In this document: piece after piece, positions 33,739 to 42,548 of the stretch | Layout of the letters: each line of letters starts with the position of its first letter | How positions within the stretch are numbered: the first letter of the stretch is position 1 | Source: Clostridiales bacterium | Lineage (GTDB): Bacteria > Bacillota > Clostridia > Oscillospirales > Acutalibacteraceae | Direction: 5' to 3' | Assembly (NCBI GenBank): GCA_012522615.1 | Contig: JAAYKB010000059.1 | Span: forward strand, 1 to 45,913 | Length of the DNA: 45,913 bases | Notes under the pieces: generated by a model | What the model was told of the DNA's origin: nothing | Seen by the model: the letters and a program-made list of their open reading frames with translations, nothing else | The model's database searches: none | Made by a program: the position numbers and the translations under genes

Positions 33739-34998
33739 ATGAAAAATAAGATCAAAGTAGGGGTGTTCGGTGCATACCGCGGAAAAACAATGATTGATGT
33801 ACTGGCATATCACCCGAATGCACAGCTGGTCGCGGTCTGCGATAAATATCGACCACTTCTGGATGAGGCAGGTAAACTCGCTGATAAGGCGGGCATTAAA
33901 GTCGCTTTATATGATAATTTTGAGGACTTTTATAACCATGATATGGATGCGGTTGTACTGGCTAACTATGCAACCGAGCATGCGACGTATGCAATTCGTC
34001 TTCTTAAATCAGGGCGTCATATATTGAGTGAGGTACTTCCCTGTGAAACGATGGCTCAGGCTGTTGAACTGATTGAGGCAGTGGAGGAATCTGGTAAGGT
34101 TTATGCATATGCGGAAAACTACTGCTATATGGATCAGACATTTGAAATGTGGCGCAGGTATAAAAACGGCGACATCGGTGAGGTTACTTATGCCGAGGGA
34201 GAATATATACACGATTGTTCGTCGATCTGGCCTAACATCACATATGGTGACCGTGACCACTGGCGCAATAGAATGTACTCTACATATTACTGTACGCACA
34301 GCATTGGTCCGATGATAACTATAACCGGTCAGCGTCCTGTAAAGGTTGTCGGTTTTGAAACAGCGCCCATGAGTGAAATGTACGATTTAGGACATCCCGG
34401 TGGAATTAGTGCTGGTATTGAAATCATTACCTTTGAGAATGGAGCGATTGCCAAAAGTGTACACGGACAATTAAAGCGTGAGCCGGGAAGTATTAACTAT
34501 GAAATTTACGGCAAAAAAGGTATGATGGAAACAGAACGGTTTGACGCAACACGAATTAACGTATATATAGAGGGTGAAGAACTGTGTGTCGGCGAGCTGA
34601 AAAACTATGCACCGGAAAAGTATGTTGCAGCACAGTTGGCATCCAACAGTGGAGTAGGCGGGCATAACGGAAGCGATTTCTATGCAACGCATTTCTTTAT
34701 TGAAAAGATATTAGGAAATTCTGAGGGCTATGAATATAGTATTGATGTCTATCAGGCGATTGACATGGGCATTTGTGGAATTTTAGCTTATCGGTCAATT
34801 TTGAACGGCAATGTGCCTGTTAAGGTGCCAAACCTGCGCAATAAGGAAGAACGAGACGCTTTTCGTAACGATAATGCTTGTACAACGAAGTCGATAGCTG
34901 GAGACCAATTACTGCCTTTGTCGTCATATGGAGAAAAAGATATTCCCGAAGAGGTGTATGATCGGGTTCGTCAGAAGTGGCTTGACGGTCAGGCTTGA
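33739..34998 (+). CDS. Gfo/Idh/MocA family oxidoreductase
   Basis: N-terminal Rossmann strand KVGVFGAYRG plus a typical dimerisation and substrate domain, 419 aa. It is divergent from the LacI gene. Confidence 0.8.
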   Translation: MKNKIKVGVFGAYRGKTMIDVLAYHPNAQLVAVCDKYRPLLDEAGKLADKAGIKVALYDNFEDFYNHDMDAVVLANYATEHATYAIRLLKSGRHILSEVLPCETMAQAVELIEAVEESGKVYAYAENYCYMDQTFEMWRRYKNGDIGEVTYAEGEYIHDCSSIWPNITYGDRDHWRNRMYSTYYCTHSIGPMITITGQRPVKVVGFETAPMSEMYDLGHPGGISAGIEIITFENGAIAKSVHGQLKREPGSINYEIYGKKGMMETERFDATRINVYIEGEELCVGELKNYAPEKYVAAQLASNSGVGGHNGSDFYATHFFIEKILGNSEGYEYSIDVYQAIDMGICGILAYRSILNGNVPVKVPNLRNKEERDAFRNDNACTTKSIAGDQLLPLSSYGEKDIPEEVYDRVRQKWLDGQA

Positions 34999-35106
34999 TT
35001 AGTGGTAAGCCCTAACCGCGGATGCACGACCTGCACCCTACTTACGCAACGCTAGAAGCACCAGTTGACAGATGCGAAATAACTCAAAGCGATCCGGGGT
35101 TACACT

Positions 35107-35205
35107 ATGGATTGGTATATAGGAATTGACGGCGGCGGTAAAAAACCCCCGCAATTGAAACGATACCTATCTCAGGCAAAATTATCGACACGCAGAAGAT
35201 TCTAA
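35107..35205 (+). pseudogene. Possible 5' stub of a BadF/BadG/BcrA/BcrD-type ATPase or N-acetylglucosamine kinase-like gene
   Basis: MDWYIGIDGGG matches the phosphate-1 loop of ASKHA sugar kinases (IGIDGGGTKT). The reading frame collapses after an A6C5 homopolymer tract, and only 32 codons remain. Confidence 0.3.
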
Positions 35206-35460
35206 AGCTCTTTTGTTGAATTGCTTTTTGGGTGATCTTTTATTTTTCAAAAAGCCCTACAATAACTTGACACGGACGAATATCGAATTACCCGTTGACG
35301 AAACCGTGCTCCTGAGTGTAAACTGTTCATGGTAAATACAGTTCCCTGATATGTGTTTTTCTTTGTCGCTAAACATTATATCATTTGGTCGCTGTATTTA
35401 CCTCTTTATTTGTCACCCATCATCGACACTTGTACAAAAAATGCGATATTTTTTTAATAA

Positions 35461-35496
35461 TGAAAATCCTCCAGAACATAGAAATTCCGGAGGATT
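35461..35496 (-). terminator. Rho-independent terminator of the ctsR-clpC operon
   Basis: On the - strand: AATCCTCCGGAA / TTCTGGAGGATT stem (one mismatch) followed by TTTTCATT. It begins 17 nt after the clpC stop. Confidence 0.75.
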
Positions 35497-35512
35497 TAAT
35501 AAGATGTTGGTA

Positions 35513-37966
35513 TTAACCATGGTTTTTAAAGACAAAGCCGCTGTCGTCCGCATCGACAATGATTGTGTCGCCGGCTTTAAAGATGCCCTCCAGCAGCTTT
35601 TCCGCCAATACGTCCTCAATCTTTGACTGTATGGCGCGGCGCAGCGGGCGGGCGCCATAGACCGGATCAAAGCCCTCTTTGGCAATCTTCTCGACAGCCG
35701 AGTCGGAGACTTCAACACGGATATCCATGTCCGCCATCCTCTTGTCGAGCTGTTTCAGCATGCGGCGGGCTATCTCCTGGATATCCTTTTGGTTGAGCTT
35801 GCTGAAGACGATAATATCATCTACACGGTTGAGAAATTCGGGTCTAAACGTCCGCTTCAGTTCGCTCATTACATTATCACGAATCCTCTGTTGTTCGTTC
35901 TCGTCATTGTCGCCGTGTCCCGCGGCGCCGAATCCAAGCCCATGCTTTTCGGTAATCAGACGGGCGCCGACGTTAGAGGTCATAATAATTACGGTGTTTT
36001 TGAAGTCTACCCGTCTGCCGTGGGCGTCGGTCAGGATGCCGTCCTCGAGAATCTGGAGCAGCATGTTAAACACATCGGGGTGTGCCTTTTCGATTTCGTC
36101 AAACAGCACCACCGAATAGGGCTTACGGCGAATCTTTTCGGTAAGCTGTCCGCCCTCGTCATAGCCGACATAGCCCGGGGGCGAGCCGACAAGGCGAGAC
36201 ACCGTGTGCTTTTCCATATATTCCGACATATCAAGCCGTATCATGGCGTTTTCGTCGCCGAACATGGCTTCGGCGAGCGCCTTGCACAGCTCGGTTTTGC
36301 CGACACCGGTGGGACCGAGGAAGATAAACGAACCTGTCGGGCGCTTTGGGTCCTTTAGTCCGACCCTACCGCGGCGAATAGCCTTGGAAACCGCCGTCAC
36401 AGCCTCGTCCTGTCCGACAATCCTTTCGTGCAGGATGCCCTCCATACGGAGAAGACGCTGCCCTTCCTCTTCGGTAAGCTGGACAACCGGAACCCCAGTC
36501 CAGCTTGACACAATCTCGGCTATCTCCCGTTCATTTACCTGACCGGTGATGCCGGAATTCTTTTCCTGCCATTCGTCTTTCATGGATTTGAGTTTTTCCT
36601 CTGTCTCCTTCTGCTGGTCACGCAGACGTGCGGCGCGCTCAAAATCCTGTTCGTTGACGGCCGATTTTTTTTCCTCGTCCAGCCGCTTAACCTCATCCTC
36701 AAGATGCTTCATATCCGGGGGCGGCGTGAATGCGCGCAGACGGACACGTGATGCCGCCTCGTCCACAAGGTCAATGGCCTTGTCCGGCAGATATCTGTCG
36801 GAAATATAACGGGCCGACAGCTTCACGGCGGCATCGATAGCCTCATCGGTAATCTTGACCTTGTGGTGGGCCTCATATTTATCCCTGAGTCCGCGCAGGA
36901 TCAGCACCGTTTCATCGGGGGTAGGCTCGCCGACCATAACCGGCTGGAAGCGCCGTTCCAGAGCGGCATCCTTTTCAATATGCTTGCGGTACTCGTCAAG
37001 GGTTGTGGCTCCGATAATCTGTAACTCTCCTCTTGCAAGGGTGGGCTTGAGTATATTGGCTGCATCCACAGCTCCCTCAGCCGCCCCCGCCCCGATTAAG
37101 GTATGAACTTCGTCGATAAACAGGATAACGTCACCGGTTTTTACTACCTCGTCAATTGCGCTCTTGATTCGCTCCTCGAAATCGCCGCGGTATTTTGTGC
37201 CCGCCACCATGCCGGTTAGGTCAAGAGTCACAACCCGCTTGCTACGCAGAAGCTCGGGCACCTCGTCGTCTGCTATTTTTTGAGCAAGCCCCTCAGCTAT
37301 GGCGGTTTTGCCTACGCCCGGCTCGCCGATAAGACAGGGGTTATTCTTTGTGCGGCGTGATAGAATCTGTATTACCCGCTCAATCTCGTCAACCCGACCT
37401 ATGACAGGGTCAATCTTGCCCTCGCGGGCATGCTGTGTCAGATCGCGTCCGAACTGGTCCAGTGTCGGGGTTTTGCCTCCAGAACGAGTTCTTCCGCGCA
37501 TGCTTTCGGAAGCCGTCTGCGGGGCACTCATACCGACAGCCTGTGAAATATCGCCGAACAGATCGTCCGCGCGTGCCCCCAAAGCCGCGAGAAGCCTTAC
37601 AGCCACACTGCTTTCATCCCGTAGTATAGCCAACAGAATATGCTCGGTTCCGACATAGCCGTGCTGCATAGCGGCGGCTTCGCTCATTGCCATTTCCATC
37701 GCCTTTTTAGCACGAGGCGTAAAATCATCGGGAGCCAAACGGCTAGGCTCTCCTCTGGAACCGGTCTGAGAAATGGTCTCCCGATACTGGGCGGCAGTCA
37801 CGCCGCGAGCCCCCAGAACCGAGGCCGCCACCCCGGTCCCCTCCCGGAGAAGTCCGAGCACAATATGCTCGGTTCCTATATAAGTATGTCCAAGCTCCTG
37901 CGCCGCTTCAATCGCGAGATTAAGCGCAGTATTTGCTTTTTCGGTAAAACCTTTAAAACGATACAT
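35513..37966 (-). CDS. clpC: ATP-dependent Clp protease ATP-binding subunit ClpC
   Basis: 817 aa with Clp_N repeats, two AAA+ Walker A sites (GEPGVGKTA and GPTGVGKTE) and a UVR linker motif. Confidence 0.96.
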   Translation of the reverse strand: MYRFKGFTEKANTALNLAIEAAQELGHTYIGTEHIVLGLLREGTGVAASVLGARGVTAAQYRETISQTGSRGEPSRLAPDDFTPRAKKAMEMAMSEAAAMQHGYVGTEHILLAILRDESSVAVRLLAALGARADDLFGDISQAVGMSAPQTASESMRGRTRSGGKTPTLDQFGRDLTQHAREGKIDPVIGRVDEIERVIQILSRRTKNNPCLIGEPGVGKTAIAEGLAQKIADDEVPELLRSKRVVTLDLTGMVAGTKYRGDFEERIKSAIDEVVKTGDVILFIDEVHTLIGAGAAEGAVDAANILKPTLARGELQIIGATTLDEYRKHIEKDAALERRFQPVMVGEPTPDETVLILRGLRDKYEAHHKVKITDEAIDAAVKLSARYISDRYLPDKAIDLVDEAASRVRLRAFTPPPDMKHLEDEVKRLDEEKKSAVNEQDFERAARLRDQQKETEEKLKSMKDEWQEKNSGITGQVNEREIAEIVSSWTGVPVVQLTEEEGQRLLRMEGILHERIVGQDEAVTAVSKAIRRGRVGLKDPKRPTGSFIFLGPTGVGKTELCKALAEAMFGDENAMIRLDMSEYMEKHTVSRLVGSPPGYVGYDEGGQLTEKIRRKPYSVVLFDEIEKAHPDVFNMLLQILEDGILTDAHGRRVDFKNTVIIMTSNVGARLITEKHGLGFGAAGHGDNDENEQQRIRDNVMSELKRTFRPEFLNRVDDIIVFSKLNQKDIQEIARRMLKQLDKRMADMDIRVEVSDSAVEKIAKEGFDPVYGARPLRRAIQSKIEDVLAEKLLEGIFKAGDTIIVDADDSGFVFKNHG

Positions 37967-37999
37967 AGCTACCTTCCTTTCATGCTCCAGTCTTTGCTG

Positions 38000-39043
38000 T
38001 TACTGCGGACTTGTTCCCGAAAGACGAGATCTTACCATTTTTGCACGTTCAACGTCCCGCTCCGACGGTTCCATATCCCGCCTGTTGGCTGCCATGATGG
38101 TGGCAGGCTGGACATCGCAGATAAGTCCGCTTATGGTGTCGAGTCCGACTCCTTTAACAATTCCGAGCGCAACCCCGACCCGCAGATTGGATATCAGGGT
38201 CATAAACTCGTCATGGGATAAAAGCCTTGCGGTCTGGAGTAGCCCAAGCGAGCGCCATATCATATCCTCAAACCGCGGATTCTTCCGAAGCTGTTCGCGC
38301 CCCGTCCGCTCTTCCCGAATTATCTGGGCGGCGATACCCTTGAGGTTTTCTATTGCGGCCTGTTCCGAAATACCCAGCGTCACCTGATTTGAAAGCTGGT
38401 AGATTGCCCCCTCCGGCTTGCTCCCCTCGCCGTACAGACCCCTGATGGTAAGTCCCAGCTTGGAAACGGTGTTTGCCATCTGCTGTATGGCTCCGCGCTC
38501 GTGAAGTGCCGGAAGATGCAGCATGATTGAAGCCCGCATGCCGGTCCCGAGATTTGTCGGGCATTGTGTAAGATATCCGAGCCTTTCGTCAAACGCAAAG
38601 CCCAGCCGCTTATCAAGCTCGGTATCAATCTCGTCGGCGATTTTATAAGCATCATCCAAATCCAACCCGGGACGCATTACTTGAATTCGGAGATGGTCCT
38701 CCTCGTTTATCATAATGCTGACGCTTTCGTCCTTTTTCAGAACCAGAGCGCTCCCCTCGTTACAACGTGAAAATTCGGGGCTTATCAGATGTCGCTCCAC
38801 CATGGAAAGTGCATCTCTGGCTTCCATATTGCTCATTTCAAGAAAATCGAAGTCATCCGCTTTGCTGCTATCCTTTAACGCCGCCCGCACCTTTTTGGGC
38901 ACTTCGTTTTTCCGCTCGCCTCCCAATCCCGCCGGGAAGGGAACATCGCTCAGATTCCGTGCCAGCCGGACACGGGTGCTTATAACGACATCGCCGTCGG
39001 ATCCGCTTTGCTGATACCATTTAGCGATTTTGTTCTTCATCAT
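38000..39043 (-). CDS. mcsB: Protein arginine kinase McsB
   Basis: Guanidino-kinase signature NEEDHLRIQ and a conserved position. I chose the start at 39043 (9 nt after GGAAGGA); the track start is 39052. Confidence 0.92.
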   Translation of the reverse strand: MMKNKIAKWYQQSGSDGDVVISTRVRLARNLSDVPFPAGLGGERKNEVPKKVRAALKDSSKADDFDFLEMSNMEARDALSMVERHLISPEFSRCNEGSALVLKKDESVSIMINEEDHLRIQVMRPGLDLDDAYKIADEIDTELDKRLGFAFDERLGYLTQCPTNLGTGMRASIMLHLPALHERGAIQQMANTVSKLGLTIRGLYGEGSKPEGAIYQLSNQVTLGISEQAAIENLKGIAAQIIREERTGREQLRKNPRFEDMIWRSLGLLQTARLLSHDEFMTLISNLRVGVALGIVKGVGLDTISGLICDVQPATIMAANRRDMEPSERDVERAKMVRSRLSGTSPQ

Positions 39044-39120
39044 TATAACCATTCCTTCCTATGTTGTAGTTGGGTTCACATCCGCCGTAAAATGGCGGGT
39101 TTCATCGAGATGACACACCC

Positions 39121-39624
39121 TCAAGGCTGCTCGTCCTGCTTTTCCAGCTCGCGAATACGGTCACGTAGCTGGGCACATTTTTCGTACTGCTGCAGCTTGA
39201 TGCACTCGGAAAGCTCTGCGCGCATCCTGTCAATCTCTTTTTCTTTCCTAAGGCTGTCACCGGCGCCCTGAGGAATCTTGCCGGTATGTCCGGCTTTGCC
39301 GTGTATTCGATGGATTGAAGGCAGAAGCCGGTCGTAAAAGGTGGTATAGCATGTGGGACAGCCTGCCTTGCCCGACTCTGCAATCTCCCTGAAGCTGTGA
39401 CCGCAGCCCTCGCATCTTACGGCGTCGGCAGTTAAACGGGATGCCGGCTCGGCAAAAAGGCTTCCCCAGAAATCCCCGAGATCAAATCCTATGCCCCCGA
39501 ACATCGAATCATAGCCCTGCTTTGACGCGCATTTCGAGCATAAATGTATCTGGGCTGTCTGTCCGTTTATGGTTTTCTTGATAAAAGTTGTTGCTACATT
39601 CTTTCCGCAGTTTTGACACAACAT
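39121..39624 (-). CDS. mcsA: McsA (UvrB/UvrC-motif protein, activator of McsB)
   Basis: N-terminal CxxC zinc-finger pairs (CQNCGK...CSKC; CEGCG...CPTC) and a C-terminal UVR motif (YEKCAQLRDRIRELE). Confidence 0.9.
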   Translation of the reverse strand: MLCQNCGKNVATTFIKKTINGQTAQIHLCSKCASKQGYDSMFGGIGFDLGDFWGSLFAEPASRLTADAVRCEGCGHSFREIAESGKAGCPTCYTTFYDRLLPSIHRIHGKAGHTGKIPQGAGDSLRKEKEIDRMRAELSECIKLQQYEKCAQLRDRIRELEKQDEQP

Positions 39625-39671
39625 ATAAATTCATCCTTTCTTAAAATTCGATTTATGCGTCCCGATAGCTT

Positions 39672-40130
39672 TTATGAGATTAGTGCTGTCAGCATCTGTT
39701 TTAAGAGGGCCGCCCGCAGAAGATCGCGTTGTTCCATCGGCACGTCACGGTATGCCTGATCCGAAAGAGCCGCCAGCATCAACCGCGCAGAGGATTTGGA
39801 AATTAACTGCTGGTACAACAGATTTTGCACGATAGCTTGGGCGGTCGCGGCATTCAGAGAGTTCCCGACCGCGTTTACGGTGTGCATGAGGGGGGACATT
39901 CCCCGCTCCAGCTTAACGCGCCGGATGCGGATATACCCGCCGCCGCCCCTTCTGCTCTCAATCACATACCCCTGCTCCGGAGTAAAACGCGAGGTCAGAA
40001 CATAGTTTATTTGGCTTGGCACACAGCCCAGTTCCTCGGCAAGTTCGTTGCGCCTCAGTTCGGCTTCCCCGTCGTCTGCACATTCCATCATACGTAGAAT
40101 ATAGGCAGCGATTTCGTCACTTAAACGCAT
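39672..40130 (-). CDS. ctsR: Class III stress gene repressor CtsR
   Basis: 152 aa and the first gene of the ctsR-mcsA-mcsB-clpC operon. It has an N-terminal winged HTH and the RRGGGGYIRI glycine loop. Confidence 0.93.
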   Translation of the reverse strand: MRLSDEIAAYILRMMECADDGEAELRRNELAEELGCVPSQINYVLTSRFTPEQGYVIESRRGGGGYIRIRRVKLERGMSPLMHTVNAVGNSLNAATAQAIVQNLLYQQLISKSSARLMLAALSDQAYRDVPMEQRDLLRAALLKQMLTALIS

Positions 40131-40160
40131 TTTGGAAAACTCCTTTTGCTTATATTATAA

Positions 40161-40177
40161 ATTGACCTTTACTGACT
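40161..40177 (-). promoter_or_regulatory. CtsR operator box (just downstream of the -10)
   Basis: The - strand reads AGTCAGT-AAA-GGTCAAT, compared with the consensus (A/G)GTCAAA-NAN-(A/G)GTCAAA. Confidence 0.7.
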
Positions 40178-40187
40178 TTTCAAATGC

Positions 40188-40217
40188 ATTATACCTCCGA
40201 AGGTAAATAATGGTCAA
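40188..40217 (-). promoter_or_regulatory. Sigma-A promoter of the ctsR operon
   Basis: The - strand reads TTGACC, an 18-nt spacer, then TATAAT. Confidence 0.65.
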
Positions 40218-40234
40218 AGTCAGAAATGGTCAAT
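40218..40234 (+). promoter_or_regulatory. Second CtsR-box-like repeat, in inverted orientation and abutting the -35
   Basis: The + strand reads AGTCAGA-AAT-GGTCAAT. A further GGTCAAA heptad lies at 40212-40218 and coincides with the -35. Confidence 0.55.
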
Positions 40235-40281
40235 TATAGCCTATATAAAGTATAAATAACCCAAATATTTTGAATAGCTTT

Positions 40282-40482
40282 CTAAACCTTTGAATTCCTC
40301 TTTTTTTTGCTGTTTTTCATATTCTGGCTGTTTTTAGATTGTGAAAAACGGCGGGCGTGAATGCGGCTGTGATCTTCTTCGGAGAAAGGATCAGGAGAAA
40401 GCTCCTCCGCAACCTCCCAGTCGTTGTCGGGGTGATAGCCCTTCTTTGCATTTCCCGCAAATCCAAAACCTGAGCGTTTCAT
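40282..40482 (-). CDS. Small basic protein, function unknown
   Basis: 66 codons from the internal ATG (MKRSGFGFAGNAKKGYHPDNDWEV...KKKRNSKV). The SD is weak and distant, so coding status is unproven. Confidence 0.3.
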   Translation of the reverse strand: MKRSGFGFAGNAKKGYHPDNDWEVAEELSPDPFSEEDHSRIHARRFSQSKNSQNMKNSKKKRNSKV

Positions 40483-40641
40483 GAAACAAACCACGTCCTT
40501 TCGGTGCTTTATCACGGATTAAAAAGCCTTAATCCTCTCTGCCGATAGCCTATGCACGGGAGTTGCCGATTATTCAAAATGTAACCGCATCAATTTACCT
40601 TTCATAGAATGTGTCGAAAGCCCATGAAAGGGGGTAAGCAT

Positions 40642-40725
40642 ATGAGCCTTAGTAATATGTTTGGCGACCTGGACTGCTCTTGGCTGCTTTTCATCATTAT
40701 TGTAATCCTGCTTCTTGAGGATTAG
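40642..40725 (+). CDS. 27-codon hydrophobic peptide (not in the ORF track)
   Basis: ATG at 40642 sits 6 nt after AAAGGGGGT. The translation is MSLSNMFGDLDCSWLLFIIIVILLLED, and a terminator-like hairpin follows downstream. Confidence 0.45.
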   Translation: MSLSNMFGDLDCSWLLFIIIVILLLED

Positions 40726-40784
40726 TTACGCAGATTTCCTGTCTCTCGATTCGCAATAGAAATGATAGTAATATAATATCGAAA

Positions 40785-40817
40785 AGCGGCGCACTGATTC
40801 GGGACACGCCGTTTTTT
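40785..40817 (+). terminator. Terminator-like hairpin after the small peptide ORF
   Basis: GCGGCG / CGCCGT stem with a 15-nt loop, followed by TTTTTT. The stem is short. Confidence 0.4.
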
Positions 40818-40877
40818 CTTTATATTGCGTTTTACGTTATAACGGAATTTTGACACGGACATAACGGAATTTAGGGG

Positions 40878-40906
40878 TTGCAAAAGGGCCGGTTTCGGTG
40901 TAGAAT
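40878..40906 (+). promoter_or_regulatory. Sigma-A promoter of tRNA-Arg
   Basis: TTGCAA (40878-40883), a 17-nt spacer, then TAGAAT (40901-40906). Confidence 0.65.
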
Positions 40907-40931
40907 AATCGTTGCCTCATCAAAACAATAT

Positions 40932-41008
40932 CCGCCCGTGGCGAAGTTGGATATCGCAGCAGATTCCGATTCTGAAGGACGGGGGTTCGAATCCCTCCGG
41001 GCGGGCCA
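40932..41008 (+). tRNA. tRNA-Arg (anticodon CCG)
   Basis: 77-nt cloverleaf. The acceptor is CCGCCCG/CGGGCGG, the D arm GCGA-AGTTGGATA-TCGC, the anticodon arm GCAGA-TTCCGAT-TCTGA, and the T arm GGGGG-TTCGAAT-CCCTC. The discriminator is G and CCA is encoded. Confidence 0.85.
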
Positions 41009-41038
41009 TAATCATCTGACAAAAAAGATGCACACACG

Positions 41039-41066
41039 AAAAACCCGCTAACCATGCGGGTTTTTC
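41039..41066 (+). terminator. Rho-independent terminator after tRNA-Arg
   Basis: AAACCCGC / GCGGGTTT stem followed by TTT. Confidence 0.8.
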
Positions 41067-41179
41067 GCTATTTATACCTCAAAAAATTTACCCCTCGTTT
41101 TATAGATGCCAAAACGCTGTTTTCCCACTATTTGTAGATGAACTTCGCGTGATGACCTTATTTAAGAATATTTACATAA

Positions 41180-41209
41180 CCTGCTGAAGTTTAAAATCAG
41201 CGGGTTTTT
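41180..41209 (+). terminator. Orphan terminator-like hairpin
   Basis: CCTGCTGA / TCAGCGGG stem (one G-U pair) followed by TTTTT. No gene lies between the tRNA terminator and this hairpin. Confidence 0.5.
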
Positions 41210-41234
41210 CTATTTTAACAGGAGGTAAAACAGT

Positions 41235-41462
41235 ATGCGCAGATTTCCATCAGGGGAAGTTTTACAAAAGCAAAAAGAACAATTAAGACAAATGTATCCG
41301 GTCGGTACCCGTATTGAACTAAAAGGGTTATGCGATGACGAGCGGGATATGCCGCCCGGCTTGCGCGGAACGGTAGTCGGAATGGATGACCAGCCGGCTC
41401 TATTAATGCACTGGGATAATGGTATTAACATATTTTCACTATTTTTTCAAGTCTTGTTATGA
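41235..41462 (+). pseudogene. DUF4314-like gene, C-terminally truncated
   Basis: MRRFPSGE...YPVGTRIEL...PPGLRGTVVGMDDQPALLMHWDNG matches my recollection of the DUF4314 pattern. After WDNG (about 41424) the sequence becomes a nonsense AT-rich tail (INIFSLFFQVLL). SD is AGGAGG. Confidence 0.45.
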
Positions 41463-41515
41463 GCGATAGAATGGTGTATAAAGAATTATACTCTATCACA
41501 GAAAGGGTTGGTTTT

Positions 41516-42400
41516 ATGAATAATATGACGGCAAAAGTGAGCTGCTTTGCACGTGCATACCATTATAAGAATAATAACCAATGGGTTTTTAAAGATGGTA
41601 TTGCGGAGATGATTTTAGGTGATAAGGACTATTTAAGTATTGCAGACAATATGGCAAAAGGCATACAATTTTTTGCACCGGGGTTTACAGGCGATGCATC
41701 TGAAGCATTAAGATTCATTGTAAATCATCAACTATCACCATCAGTACTTGGACGAAGTGCTTTTTGCGAAAAGTATTTGATGAACGAGGTGGCCATTGGT
41801 TGCAAACAATATGTGCTGTTTGCGGCAGGTTATGATACTTTTTCATTCAGAAACACCATTAAAGAACTGAGAATATTTGAACTTGATCTACCAGAAATGA
41901 TTGCTGATAAGAAAGAAAGAGTAGAGGGTTGCGGACTTGTTTATCCTGACAATACTTTGCTGTTACCGTGCAATTTGGCGGGTGACGACTGGACATCGTT
42001 AATATGCGATAATGGATTTCAAAAGACAGCTAAATCTTTTGGCAGCCTTCTTGGAATAAGTTATTATCTGTCAAAAGAAGACTTTAAAAAATTGATTTTT
42101 AGAATATCATCAATATTCACATCTGGTTCTGCGATTTGCTTTGACTATCCTGTAGAAGCCGAAGGAGAAGAAAGCGTGAAAAACCGTCAGCTTGCGGATG
42201 CTGCAGGTGAACCAATGCAGGCAAAATATATATATGAGGAAATGGAAATATTATTAGAAGAAAATGGATTTTTAATCTATGAACATTTGGATGAGAATGA
42301 AATGACTAAGCAGTATTTTGCGGACTATAACGCATCTATGCCGGAGCATACAATATCAGCATCTAAGGGTGTTCATTATCTGCTTGCTGTAAAGCAGTAA
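41516..42400 (+). CDS. Class I SAM-dependent methyltransferase (leucine carboxyl methyltransferase / TIGR00027-like)
   Basis: The N-terminal AKVSCFARAYHYKNN and the SAM-binding strand YVLFAAGYDTFSFR fit the LCMT-type O-methyltransferase fold. I prefer the start at 41516 over the track start at 41459. Confidence 0.65.
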   Translation: MNNMTAKVSCFARAYHYKNNNQWVFKDGIAEMILGDKDYLSIADNMAKGIQFFAPGFTGDASEALRFIVNHQLSPSVLGRSAFCEKYLMNEVAIGCKQYVLFAAGYDTFSFRNTIKELRIFELDLPEMIADKKERVEGCGLVYPDNTLLLPCNLAGDDWTSLICDNGFQKTAKSFGSLLGISYYLSKEDFKKLIFRISSIFTSGSAICFDYPVEAEGEESVKNRQLADAAGEPMQAKYIYEEMEILLEENGFLIYEHLDENEMTKQYFADYNASMPEHTISASKGVHYLLAVKQ

Positions 42401-42548
42401 TTCATCCTTTGATAATTCGAAGTCAACTATTGGTTAGCTACCGGCTGCCAGACGGAATTGGTTTTATAGAAGTTTTTAGACAACACCTGCAACTTCTTTG
42501 AACTGAAAAATTAGGAGGAGGAAAATCAATATACTTTAAAATAGTAAC

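Noticed and set aside
35267-35277. The 11-mer TTGACACGGAC is shared with 40850-40860, and both copies are followed by a -35-like hexamer. I considered a repeated promoter module or an sRNA gene.
   Set aside because: Exact 11-mer matches are expected many times by chance in a 46-kb window when both strands are considered, and similarity decays immediately outside the 11-mer.
40837-41055. 72-aa - strand ORF
   Set aside because: It fully overlaps the tRNA-Arg gene and its promoter and terminator.
41009-41234. Search for an att-type direct repeat of the tRNA-Arg 3' end, or an integrase, downstream
   Set aside because: I found no repeat of the T-arm or acceptor sequence by eye and no recombinase ORF in the window. 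The island hypothesis therefore rests only on composition and gene content.
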